A DNA stretch of 64,000 nucleotides from the human T2T-CHM13v2.0 reference genome, Homo sapiens (GCF_009914755.1 NC_060929.1); one strand, 5' to 3'; positions 13,773 through 26,763 are shown, numbered from the stretch's first letter. Numbers and translations: made by a program. The notes: generated from the sequence alone by a model not told the origin.

Positions 13773-14939
13773 AATTTTTTTATGAATTGGGATATGCCAT
13801 GGAAAAATTGAATGATACCCTCCTCACCTCTAACCGCAGTATAATCCTAACAACACTTTCTGGACTCGTTCATTGTTAGCCAGTCAACGTTCCTGTCGGG
13901 CATCAAACAAACAGTAACTTCACTGGGCCAGGAACACAGCACAGATCTCTTCTCAAACAGGTTTTAATCTTATCCCTGATGACCATCATCTTGCAAGTAT
14001 TTCTCTCTCATTGGCCCTTAATGATTTGCCTCTAAACCCACTAAGCAGAAGATCACCGAATAAAGGCATTTACATCTTATCTCCTCAAGGACCACCAGGG
14101 GACTGAGGCACAAAGGAGGGTCCACAGACATTTTGTGGCCAAGAGGGAATTTCACCAAAAGTCTCCACTGGGCATTAAATTACAAGAGTGCAGCAGGGGA
14201 CAGTATATTTGGGTGGACCCCACTAAGTCCCTCCCCAAATGGACCCAGGGAATATGATCCACCAGTTCCAATGAGGTCTTCCAACAATGTGCTGGTGTCT
14301 GACATGCCCTGCTCTTACAGTGGGCTCCCACAAAAAGATGAGATAAAGGACATGCCTTTAAATTGCGTAACTCCACTTCACCCACAGTGAAAATGGCACT
14401 TGGCTTTTCTGTGGGGCTTTGATTTACTCAGAGGTCAAGAAAACCCCCTTCTTTTTTGTCAACAGACAGAAAAGCATGTAAACAAATCAGAATAATGATG
14501 TCCATGACACCCTTTTTGTAAACATATCACATATTGGAAGGTCCAAGGAATTAAGCGTCTATACCACCTCACCCTTTCCTTGAGAGTTTACTGAAAGATT
14601 CATGAAATTAGAGAAATAAAGAGTTTATCAAACGACCATGGTGATGTTTGTTGATTGATTTTCATATACATTCAAAAATTTTATGTTTTTATATATTTGC
14701 ATACTTGGGAATCTATTCACAAAGTAATTAGTAAATCCATTTATATGTGATCTGCTCTGGTTTTGTAAGCAAATACATCCTGTGTTGGTTTGGGAAAGAC
14801 CCTTCCCTTATCTGAGCCTCAGCTGCCTCCTCTACAAAATGTTAGGATTGGTCCAGGCTATCTCTGAGGACCTTTCCAACTCTAAAACTCAAAATTACAG
14901 GCAACTGTTCTCTTGGATGCTCTTTTGATAAGATCCACC

Positions 14940-15150
14940 ATTAATCAGGCACTTACTGTATGCCATGCACTGTACTAAGCTTTTTATATGCATGACCTTA
15001 TCAAACCCTCACAGCAGTCCTGTGATATATTCTCATTCCTATTTTGCAGATGAGAAAAATGGAGTCTCAGAGTGGTTAAGAAACTGGCAAGAATTTGGGC
15101 CAGGATTCAAACTGGGATCTGTCATGATTCTAGAGCTCTATAGTCATACA
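14940..15150 (-). mobile_element. MIR SINE
   Basis: 'gcacttactgtatgccatgcactgtactaagc...cctcacagcagtcctgtga...attttgcagatgagaaaaatggagtctcagagtggttaag...caggattcaaac'. Confidence 0.8.
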
Positions 15151-15379
15151 GTTTCTTTATAACTAGGTGAGCCTAAGGAAAATATATGTAGTGTGGAGAC
15201 AAGCTCTTGGCTGATAGGTGGAAGAAAAGGAATCTGGTGTAAATATCTACCACTAACTGACAGACTTTAGCCAAGTCTTTAAAACTCTGTAAGCCTTGTT
15301 TTCACCATCTATAAAGACATCAACAACTTGGACAACTAGATTATCTTGAAGACTCACATCCCATATATTTAAGGTCACA

Positions 15380-15600
15380 TTTGTCAGTCATTCCTTCACA
15401 CATTTTTAATGCATTGATTTGACTAATATTTATTGCATCTCACTCCGTGCTGGGCACTGTGAATACACTGGTTGAGAAAGACAAGGACACGGCCTTCAGG
15501 AAGCTTATAATCTAGTGAGAGACACAGGCTACACACAAGGAAGCAAAGAAATAATTCAGATTGTATCAGCTGGTGATAGCGCTGTCAATAAAAGAACTAC
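15380..15600 (-). mobile_element. L2 3' relic
   Basis: 'aatatttattgcatctcactccgtgctgggcactgtg...ggccttcaggaagcttataatctagtgagagac'. Confidence 0.7.
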
Positions 15601-17594
15601 ATGTACTCAAAGTGTCAATGCTGGGGAGGCAGCTTGAGGTTCTAGAAGCCCCCAGTCTAACTAGTGAATTATGTTCATAGAAAACTAAAAAGTGGAATAA
15701 AACTGGGATAAGTCCATTTGGTAGGTATAAAAATCTAAGATATTGAAAGGTATAATCAACTAGTTGGAGGATACAGATCTGATATCAGACCCATCACTAG
15801 ATGGCTTAAATGACCATAAGTGAACCGCTTCACTTCTTTCTACACCTCATTTTTACACCTGAAAATGGGGCTAAAAATACCTGTCTTTCCTCATAAAGAA
15901 CAAAAAGGAATTGATGAATGAGAAAGGCTTTGTCAACTATAAAAATGCATTTAAGTACATTTACTTGTTTCTACAAACATTATGATGAAGAAGAGACACA
16001 TAGTGTCAGTAGTCAGACCTGTACTTTGACCCCCGATACAGAACATTCCAGTAAGTCACAACAATTTTTTTGCTTTGATGCTAGTAATTTTATTAAGGAA
16101 AATTTCTAAACCTTTAGATAACCCTCCTATGTCTTCTGAGCTAACCAATGCAAATGTTTCATTTTTCTAGTCTTAAAAAAGTAGAGAATTATGAGAATTA
16201 CAAGCTTGCTGAAAACAGATTATTCAGAGACACTCCTTCATCTAAACCTCGCTACAAGCTCAAAGAGTCATCCTGGCCTCATTGACTATTTTAAAAATCA
16301 ATTAAAACTAAAAGGAAATGATGAACGTGTGTAGAATGACTGGGAAGGCCATATTTTGTGCAGATATTTAAATGTGAATATATTTTTGGCATTAAACAAA
16401 GATCTAAATTAACTCCATAATGACTGGGAGTTGGTGCTTCCTGCAGCTAACCACCGAGGCTGATCCCAGGTGGCTATGCCTAGCAAGTCAGGCCTTCCAC
16501 CCGTGATGTAAAGAAGTTAACCACAGTTGATGTTAACAGGAAAAAGATGAACAATTACATGTGCCAGGTTGAACAGCAGTGGGTATGAGGGGAAGTCGCT
16601 CTTCTGTTGTTGTTTCTGCTCATGATTTAGGGAGTGCCAGTTTCTGTCTACCTCTCACCATTGAGAGATACTGCAGAAAAACTCAGGCCTGATATTAATG
16701 GGATGGTTTCCACCTGCACTCTCAGTACCTTGAATAATATGAGGTCCATGTAAAAGGGTGAGCCTACTTTATTCAAGTCAAAAATATCTGACTTGTGGTA
16801 CAGATAATTCAACTCATACCAAGGATTGCACAGGGCTGAGGACCCAGCAACGGGAAAGAAATATCAGCATGCTGAACTATATATGGGCAGATCCCCTGCC
16901 CTCCAAAAAAAGTTATCTCATTAAATATTTGAGTATTTTTAAAGCAAGATGCTTTCTCAATTATGTTACTTTAAATCGGTAGGGGCATGAAATAATCATA
17001 ATCAATGGTGGTTTAGTAATGCTTACGGAGGTGCAGAAGTCAGTCAAGACAAAAAGGATTAGAAAGTTAATATAAATGTAGTATCTTTTTAAGGAGGATT
17101 GACCTCTTATCATTACAAGCATTCCTCAAAACAAGCCTTTTAAATATCGGTTTTTAAAATATTGCTAATGGTTACTTATGGCTGAGAAAAAAATCTTCCA
17201 GTGAAAGCACCATGCATAGATTTAAAAAGAGGTGTATCACAAACAACTTAGAAGAGACTATAATGGGAGAAAAATGGCTCTGGCTTTGATTTTTTTAAAA
17301 CAACTGATGGAAAAAATGACTTGAAAAAGTTTGATTAAGGGTGGAAACCCAAAATGCAGAAGTTGTATTTGTAAATGTTGTAAATTATGTATGTGATATT
17401 AGACATGTACAAGTAACAAAATTTATATGTGAAATATTGTAAGTAGACATTTGATAATGTATTGGTATCTATAAATATGTATATGGTTTACTTGCTCTGG
17501 AAGCCCTAAACTTCACTAGAAAAAAGGGAGAACACCAAATATTCAGAATCACACTATATTCTGGCATAGCTGATGTTAAAAATTCTAAAAAAAG

Positions 17595-18255
17595 ACAAGA
17601 TATGGCTGTCCAATGATAGAGGAATGATGAAGCAAATTATGGTGCAGCCATCAGATGGACTATTATACACCCACCAAAATGCATTCAGGGAGAATTTGAA
17701 CTAACAGAGGAAATGTGTAGTGTATAATATAAACAACAAAGCAGGACGCAAAACTATATAAACCTATTGTGACTTGCTGATAAAAATATAGGAGTATTTT
17801 TGAGTACCTTCTTTGAATACCCTTGAATACTTCCAAATAGTTTATTGGCTTTGAAAAGCAAATCATGTTATATCATACTAAAAAGATTAGAGGTTCAAAA
17901 CTTTACAGTCTTGCATTACATTGGCAAGAATACATATACAGCTCAGTTCCTACTTTTATTGTTAATAGCTTTCTAATCCCTTACCAGAAATTTATAATTT
18001 AGAAATGGCAACACATCTTAAAGATTAAAGCCATGTGATAAATAGTTCATGTCCCTTAATAACCAAATCTCATGCCTTAGATTGTGAGAGCTTATCTGTC
18101 TCTTCCTTCTATATGGTTTCTATATTAGAAGTAAGTACTCAAAAACATTAACAGTGATTATCCCTGAGGGATGAAATAATGGATAATCATTATTTCATAC
18201 TTTTTTGTATTTTAAAAATCTTCCATATAAGTATGCATTATGTTCACAATTATAT
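17595..18255 (+). mobile_element. Old L1ME-like 3' UTR relic, interrupted at ~17791-18120 by an insertion
   Basis: The left part 'tgtccaatgatagaggaatg...aaattatggtgcagccat...aaagcaggacgcaaaactatata' and the right part 'aaacattaacagtgattatccctgagggatg...tgtattttaaaaatcttcc...atgcattat' are consecutive pieces of the same L1 3' end seen intact at 1855-2207 and 50905-51440. Confidence 0.7.
17822..18120 (+). repeat. Local direct duplication, copy 1 (core 17822-18084, diverged tail to 18120)
   Basis: Hand alignment to 19814-20111 gives 5 substitutions and 1 single-base indel over the 263-bp core, then 9 mismatches in the last 36 bp. Confidence 0.97.
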
Positions 18256-19813
18256 AATTTGGTTAAAATACTTAAGGCTCCAGTTCCTGTCAGAACTCAC
18301 GTGTCCTAGAAATACCTGCCACTCTCCCATCACCAACAACTGCATTTCAGGGAATCAGGTAATTCCATAAATTAACAAGGTAAAGTAGCATGCCAGGAGG
18401 CTTACTCAGTGCAGGCTCTGGTACCCTTCACCAGGGTTCAAGTCCTGGCTCCTCCACTTACTAAATAACCCAGGAAGTCACTTCACCTGAGTTTTTTGGT
18501 GTTAAAAATAGGCTAATAATAGGGCTTGTCTTACACAGATTCTCAGGGGTGGCACCAGGGGGTGGGGGTGGGGATTGCTTTACATTTAGTAATTGTAGAG
18601 AACAAGAAGACTGGGAGAAAAGATAGAGTTAGGGTGAAAAAAAAGGTGTGGAATAGGAGAGAACAACAGGAGAAAAGTCAACAAATGTCAAAAGCCCACT
18701 GAAGTGGGAAACCAGAAGAGCAGGGAGAGAAAGGAGGAGCTGAAAGCTCTAGCAAGAAATGCTGCTGGCCTATGGAGGATCAGAGAGGGGCCTACATTTA
18801 CCTATTTTTTGTTACAATTTTGGATTTGATTACATTTCAGATATCGTTAGGGTTTTAGATGAGTTCCATTTTAACTTACGAAAAGTACAGCACGTGGTGG
18901 GTCCCGGGAAGCAGGGGAGCATGATTATGGAATTCATTTACCTTGGAGGTTGTTTAGCTTGAAAACAGAAGCAGTGCCACACTATATAGCTAAATGCTTT
19001 TGGGAGCCGCTCCCAAGCTCTCAGGACACTGGGTCCTTGGAGCAACACACACCCACTCATTTGGGGATGGCTGATAAATTTCAGATCCTGACCCCAAATA
19101 ATCCAGGTGTAGGACTTATTGACCCTGTGCTGTGGGTTTTTCAGAAAGAAAAAGAGAGGAGAAACCAAATTCCAGGGGGCTATGCTTTAACATGAAGATA
19201 ATGATATATCTCAGTATAAGGTTCTGCTAGGGCATAAGATGATTATCAATGACTAAAAATTGTTTTAAATTCATAACTCCCTGATATTTATGTATTTTTA
19301 AATGAAAAAAGATAAATAATATGATGTAAGATATAATTATTATGGTAATAAGTCAGATATATGCATAGGAAAAATACTGCAAAATATATATCATTAAACA
19401 ATATTAATAGCTCACATTTATTGAGTGTTTATGTAACAAGAAACCGGTAGGAATGTAAGCAATTTCAATATTATTTTAATTATGTTTTATTGGTGCTTCC
19501 TAAATGATCTGAAATCAATATGCATAACTTTGCAGTAAAGAATGAAAAACAAAAGTGAATGCCCTAGCGGGTCCCACGTCTCTTCGTTAACTTTAACAAT
19601 GAACAGGACTGGCATCCACATCACTGCAAACACAGATAAGTAAAACGAATAATCCTCCATCAAACATTTGGAATACATCTTAGGAAAAGAGGAAAAGAAA
19701 TTTAGAGTTCCACTTCCTACTCCTATTCCACAATATTTGAGAAAATTTCAAGATATACAGTCAAAAGCTGAAGGGTTAATTTATCATGATGTTCGGTTTA
19801 AAAAAAGTGAAAA

Positions 19814-20111
19814 CTTGAATACTTCCAAATAGTTTATTGGCTTTGAAAACCAAATCATGTTATATCATACTAAAAAGATTAGAGGTTCAAAACTTTACAG
19901 TGTTGCATTACATTGGCAAGAATACATATACAGCTCAGTTCCTACTTTTATTGTTAATAGCTTTCTAATCCCTTACCAGAAATTTATAGTTTAGAAATGG
20001 CAACACATCTTAAGATTAAAGCCATGTGACAAATAGTTCATGTTCCTTAATAACCAAATCTCATGCCTTAGATTGGACCAGCTTATCTGCTTCTTCCTAC
20101 TGTACGGTTTC
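19814..20111 (+). repeat. Local direct duplication, copy 2 (core 19814-20075)
   Basis: Begins cttgaatacttccaaatagtttattggctttgaaaa exactly as copy 1 does, at an offset of 1992 bp. Confidence 0.97.
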
Positions 20112-21139
20112 ATTGGTAGGAAATACTTCATATCCCTATTACATGAATGATGAATGGGACCGTTGGTTATGGTCTGTTATTTGCTTGGCTGTAGTCAATA
20201 TGTTTTCTTTGGACAGGGATTTCTGTGATTTATCTCTCTCCCGGCCTTATCACTTATTAACTCTGGGTAGACAGGAAAAAGCCAAGGTTGTATATAAGGC
20301 CTCGTGGCCATTTAGACCTCTAATGTCAGTGAAAATATCCCTTTTAATGATCCTGTTATACTGGCTACTCAAGTCCTGATTACACTCCACTCCAAATAGG
20401 AAATAAAGGTCATATTTCTTGGAAAGTATATTTGTAAAATATGCAAAATAATATGCTTCCTTCAGATCAGCTTTATTCTTTGCAGAAATGGCTCTCATTT
20501 TATAGCTGTCACGGAAGTACAATGGTTACTTTCAGTGACTTTTGTTGTTGTTGTTGTTCTCATTATGACACCAACAGTATTTAACTGTACAAATGCCAGC
20601 AGATTCAGAATCACTGATCACATCAGCATACATCTGATCAGGGAAAAATCATATGTTGTGGAACAAAAAAAAAAGGAGAGGCTTGGGACCTACCCTTTGT
20701 ATCACAAAAGCAAAAAGAATAAACACTCCCTCTGCCTTGAATTCTTTTCTTTGTGTGTAAATGGTTCATTTGGAGTAATATTTAAGACATGTGGACAGGA
20801 GCAGCCTGTGAATTTTTCTTTCTTGTTGGGTCTATTCCAATTAGGACACTGCTAAGGCAGAGCTGCTAGTCAAGTATTCATTACCCAGCCCTCTTTCAGC
20901 TGAATCCCTAAGTGAAAACAATCTGACAAAAAAGAAAACACATTCTTGCCTTCCTTTCTCCAATTCTTTCTGAGTTTGCTTAGGCTTGTCTTTATAACAA
21001 TTAACATATGTATAGAATATTACGCTATGCAAAATATTTTCATGGCCATTTTTTCATTGATATTCACAAGATCCTTGGGATGCACAGAAAAGTGATGGCC
21101 CTACCATCCCTTAAGTTGAGGGAGACAAAAATCTAGCAG

Positions 21140-21985
21140 CTTTAACCCCTCTGTCTCCCTCATCCCCACATCTAACCCATCAAGTCCTTTCCATTTTTCC
21201 TCTTAAATTCCTCTTGATTCCTCTCACTCCATTCCATCTCCACTGATTACCACCCAAATCAAAGTCACCAAATCTCTTTCCCAGACTACTGCAATGACCT
21301 CCTAAGAGGCCTTCCAAGATACATTCTGGTCTCCTATGCTTCTTGAAGCCAGAGTTAGTTTGTTCCCAAAATGTAAACCTGGTCACGTCCACCTGTCATT
21401 TCAGACACTTCAAAACTGTCCATTGTTCTTAAGATAACAACAAAACTCCTCCCCATGGCTTATAAAGTTTTGCATACCCTTGTCCCTGACTACTTCTCGC
21501 AGCCTTCTGTCTCACAGTTCTCCTCCTCCCTCTTGATTTTCCAGCCTCACTGCAATTCTTACAGCCGTCCAAGGTACCGTGTTTCCTCCCACCCAGGGCC
21601 TTCTCATTTGCTCCCTCTGCTGGAAGGCTCATTCCCTAACCCCATGCTACCCCCACCCTTCACTGGTTGTTGGGTTAGCTCTTTGTCATCCTTCAAACTT
21701 CAGCTTGTGCAATTTTTCCTGTAGAGAAATATCTCTAACTGACTGGTCAGGGCTCTTTTATTATGTGCTGATCAAAAGCGCTGTTTCTTTCTGGACACGT
21801 ACCAGGTTTGAAATAGTAAACTTATGAACACCCATTTTCCCTCTTAGTCTTTAGAATAAAGAAAACAGGGATTGTGTCTGGTTTTGCTTAACACTGTTTC
21901 AGGACTTGGCCTAGAACTGGTTTAGAACATTGCCTAGAATAAGACAGGCAATCCACAAACATTTGTGAGGTGAATGAATGAAGTA
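21140..21985 (+). mobile_element. L2 LINE 3' relic (~850 bp)
   Basis: 'ccagactactgcaatgacctcctaa...cagagttagtt...catttgctccctctgctggaaggctc...cagggattgtgtctggttttgc...acatttgtgaggtgaatgaatgaa'. Confidence 0.8.
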
Positions 21986-23734
21986 ACAAAAGGAAGTGGT
22001 AAAATCAGAACAGAACACAGGTATTTTTATTCCTATTCTAATGCCTAGAAAGAAACAATGTCTTTACTCATAATCAAAGCTGACACATACATAACATCAA
22101 ACTCTAATGACAAATTCTTTGGATTTTCAAAAATATATATACCCACTATCTGCTTTTCTCACTTACTTTTGGGGAGCACTCATACTGGACCAGGTACTCT
22201 CAGGATTGCATTACATACATTAACCCTTTTACTCCTTAGATGAAGGTACTATTAAAATAGCTCCATTTTACAGATAAGAAAATGAAATTCATAATATAAG
22301 CCAAATCCCATTTTTTCATTTAAAGAAACTATGTTCTATGTATGTAAAACTTCAAGTAGAAAGGGACAGATTCTTAATTAACAGCTCTTATTTACATTCC
22401 ATGTTATCCAGAGGACAAAAATCAATGAAGACCCATTGATCCTGGGCAATATGTCAATGATAGCACCTATTGCAAGTAAAATGCTGAGCCAAATCCCTTC
22501 AACATAGTGTATAAAATAAGATTGAGGAAGAGTTTCTATTTCTTCATGAAGCTTGTGGACTTTTTATGATTTGTCTACCTATGAACAGAACAAGAGAACT
22601 AAGGACAAAAGGAAGTGAATGATGAATGGGATGGTTTTAGCACCTGGGACAAAAGAGATTCAAGGACAGAGACTCTCCCAGTCAATCAAGATGAGTTACA
22701 GGGAGCACCAAAGTCAGTCCGACTGACTCATTTCACAATGAAGAGACTGGAGTCCAGAGCACATAAGCAACTTGTCTCACAGCTAGCGAGTAGCAAGGCT
22801 GGGATACGATGCAAGCCTCATTGCTATCAGCCCAGGGCTCTGTCCACTATACCACAGCGGTCAGAGAACACTTCAGAGAGGTAAGAGTTTGAACTGGATC
22901 CTTCAGGTGAATCACCATGCCCAAAGTAGCTAAAGTGAGCTGGAGGCACAGCAAGGAAACTGGTTTGACTGGAGCATCATAAGCCCTAGCCCCAGAGCAC
23001 AGTGAGCCAAACTCGGGACTTGGGCTACGTCTTACATACAGTGAGCAAAGAGGGAAGGTTTCTCTGCAGGGTAATGACATGAAAGTGGCTATTCAGAGCG
23101 TACTGTGACAAAGAATTTATGTAAGAAAAGACTAAAGTGCAGGAGATCCATTAGGTGCAAACTCTCCACTTCTTCCCTAAAACCAATGACTTTGTTCAAG
23201 CCCAAGGTGGCAGCCTTTATTTTGTGGAGGAGGTTTCCAAGAATGAGAAACAGAGATTTCTGGTGAAAACTCTGGAAGCTGGAGTTGAAGCTGATTATAA
23301 TCTAAATACTTTTGAAGACAGTTGGTGATAGGCTGTACTCCTGTTGCTAGGACCTCCAGAGGAGGGGCTGAGATGGAAATAAGAGAACAAGCATGTGTTG
23401 TTCCCTAAAAAAGTTAACACCAGAGAACTTTACAAATCAGGAGTATCTGATTAAAATATTAGCTGTGTGATGCATTCCTGCAAAAATATTTGTTTTAAGC
23501 AAATTATTACATTTACACTTATGCATTTCTTTTTCTTGCTACTTTATTTACACTTTGCTCCTTTTATTTGGGGTTGACAGGTGTTACTTGTTTCTTTAAA
23601 CTGATGCCTATAGTTGTGTTACTAAAAATCCCAAAAGACATTTCTTAGATTTCTAGGGAGATGACAAGGATGATAAACAATCCATGGAAAATAGTTACTC
23701 CTGGTAGGGACTCAGAAACAAAGGAATGAATCAT

Positions 23735-23995
23735 AATGGCCACCATTTATTAATGGAAACTACTAGTATCTAGCCTCATGCTAAATACAGTTCCATGATT
23801 CTAAAACTTTACATATGTTTCCCTGATCCTAAAAACAACCCCAGCAAGGTATTATTATTATTTCCTTATAAAGATAAGGTGACTGTGGTTTAGAGGCATC
23901 ATATGATGTCCCAAGGATAACCTCTCTAGTAAATGGTAGATCTGAGAATTCAATCTATATCCATCATCTTGAACCTAAGCAGTCAATCAGTATGC
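23735..23995 (-). mobile_element. MIR SINE
   Basis: 'ataatggccaccatttatt...aacaacccc...ggtattattatt...agataaggtgactgtggtttagagg...cccaagg...ctagtaaatggtaga'. Confidence 0.7.
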
Positions 23996-24011
23996 GAGGT
24001 ACTATCCCCTT

Positions 24012-24128
24012 AGGAGGGAGGGAGGAAAGGATGAGGGGAGTAAAGAAAAGAGAGAGGAAGGCGAAAGGGAGATAGGAGAGATGGGAGAGCAAGAAGAAAA
24101 TAAGAGGGATAGGGAGAAAAAACGGAAA
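24012..24128 (+). repeat. GA-rich low-complexity polypurine tract
   Basis: ~115 nt of mostly G/A: aggagggagggaggaaaggatgaggggagtaaagaaaagagagaggaagg... Confidence 0.85.
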
Positions 24129-26679
24129 ACTTAAAAGTCATAGTAAAAGATGTCAAGTTCCACAGAGCATATGCAGACAAAATAGCCCCTCCTATGTGCA
24201 AAGCAACGTGTTATGCATTGGCAAAGGATGTGGAGTTATTCTGGGCACAAGGTACAAACAGGAAGTATTTCCACGAAGAATTCTCATTTCGAAGTTAGTT
24301 CACAGGCTAATACACAGGAATGTGGGTTAGTCCTTCCACAGGAACAGGAAATTGGGTGAAAAATGTTTGGAATTGGAAAAGTTAGTGGTAGAAAAGATCT
24401 GATAAGTGACCTAACCAGACATCTGAGTTGTTAGATGATCATTCATCAGGGTTTTCACCAACTTTTGGGGGGTCAGGTGGTGTACAGCTCTCAGGGTACC
24501 CCTAGGCTGCTCAAACCTTGTCCTGGTGTCCCATTCTTTCAGTCATATATTCCCCGAGAATATATGAAAATTCTTACAGAAAATATAACTAGAATGAAGG
24601 CAACACATGCATTTGGAATTGGCCGCTTCTTATCAGGAAAACCAACTACAAAAACTTTGAGGAAGCAGCTAAAGGTGCCTAAGAGTCTTTTATTAGCTTC
24701 CAAGGCTACTTAGGGATTAGCAGGAGAGATCACGATTCGAAAAGATCCAAGCCACTTAAAGATGTAACACCTGCAAGAAAACAAGCTGTGAGAATAATAA
24801 AGGTATTAGGGAGAGCCCTTACATGGCAGTGAGGTTATAGTGGATTTAATTCCCACTGGACTGACCAGAAACGATAATAGGGCTTTGAAATCAATCCTGT
24901 GATTAGATAGTGTTTTTGTTTCCTTCTCTTAGAAAACATTTATTGAAAATTAAAGTCAGCCTTGCCCTACATTTACATAAGAATAACTGGACACAATAAA
25001 GTAAGATCTAGAAAGTGCTATTGAGCTTTTCTGCTTCTAATCCAGTCAGGATTCACTTTCCAGAGTCTGTGACTCTGATTGGACAAACACAAGGGCATGG
25101 CACATTAGCAGCTATGGATTCCTCGTGCGTCTCTGGTCTGAAGAACCAATGAGGGAGAGATGTACGCTTGCTTACCATCCTTACAAGGGGAGCCAGCTTG
25201 CAGGCAATCTGTGCTTGGTCAGATTCTTCCCTCCCCAAAAGGTCTGCCTTTATTAGTATAGATTAGGCCATGCTGTTCCTGCCTTTTTTCTTTTTTTTTA
25301 ATGTTATGGACTTTTAGAGACATTTACATCTACAAATGCCAACTCTCTCTTGCATACTTTAAAAACAGCAATAAGGCCTTAGTTTGGGGTGTTACTTTTC
25401 AGCTCAATAATATTTTTCAAGGGAAAAATTCCAAGTGATATTTCACTAACAAATAAGAGGGTTAGCTCACCCAATCCAGAAAACCAAGCCTCACATCTTG
25501 AAATACTATGGATGTTAAAGAAAATGAAGTGTGAACTTCTGTGGGTGGACAAAGGAGGGGGCCGTACATTTGCAATGATCTGAGCAGTTGTTTGGATACA
25601 AAGAACAGAGAGGTTTTATGAGCCATCTCTATACCCTTACTATTAAGTGGTGACAGCAGAGGTAAACTGAGTAAATCACAGAGGCCAGTAGCCCCAGCCA
25701 TGAACAAGCAACGCATGGTAGAGGCATTTAATGCTAATGATCAAAAGGTCCATGTGTAGGTCACCAATGAACACAGATTCCCTTTCATCAGAAATGATGT
25801 GATGTCACAATAACTGTTAACAGCCAAGTAACTATACCAGAGGGGAAATCATTGTGCCAATTTCTTCAGATTTTTATTTTTCCGATATGGGGAGAGGTTA
25901 GAACTCTCTTCTAGAATATTTAAAAAAAAAAAAAAAGGCTTCTTGTCTGGTGCCCACAGTTTGAGGCCAGATCACCAGAAGCATTTTTTCATACCTTAAA
26001 TTTCCCACAGATGTATACATGTGCATATGCGCCAACTTATTGCTCTTACCCTTAACTACTTTTCTAGGCTTGAAAATCCAACACTTTTTTCTTAATTCCA
26101 GTGTGATATAGATTTTCTAAGATGTGATTTCTTAAACTGATGGCAATTTTTTTTTTTAGTGTTTAAAAAAACTCCAAATAATGATGGATCCCTAGCTCTT
26201 TTCTCTTGAGAACTTAAGTAATTTAATGAGGGTGATTTTTTTTTCTAACTTTTATGGCCAGGTGGCTCTAGGGGATATTTTGTTGAAGACTGATTAAAAA
26301 TAATTTCTTCTAAATGAGACCTGACCACAAAATGGAACCATTAATGGGCAGGGACGTTGTCACCAAAGCGGAAACCATGCCTGATTGCCTCCTGTACCTC
26401 CCACCACACAAGCATTTTCTTCTTTTTCTTCTCCTTTTCTTGTTCTTAATAGCTGAGTAAATAAGCAGCCAGCGAGGCCTAATGTTTTCGGCCAAAAACA
26501 GAGTCCAAACTTCTCAGAGAAAACATTTGGCCTCTGTGGTTTTGAAATATGTTCCAGAACACCGAGTTCAGTGGGGGAACATTGTGAAAAACTCCCATCC
26601 ATTGGAATGATGCTGGGGAATGTTACAGTATCAGAAGTTTCAATTGGTCCTTTTCCTGCAGCCCCATAATGAGACTTGT

Positions 26680-26682
<3 letters not shown>

Positions 26683-26713
<31 letters not shown>

Positions 26714-26719
26714 CACACA

Positions 26720-26760
<41 letters not shown>
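26683..26760. repeat. Long (CA)n microsatellite, ~78 bp, with two short interruptions
   Basis: Directly visible: (ac)n atgc acac ag (ac)n. Confidence 0.97.

Positions 26761-26763
<3 letters not shown>

Noticed and set aside
20143-22632. Shared string tgaatgatgaatggga (MNDEWD in two ORFs)
   Set aside because: A short match made of (tgaa)n-like L2-tail sequence, with unrelated flanks.
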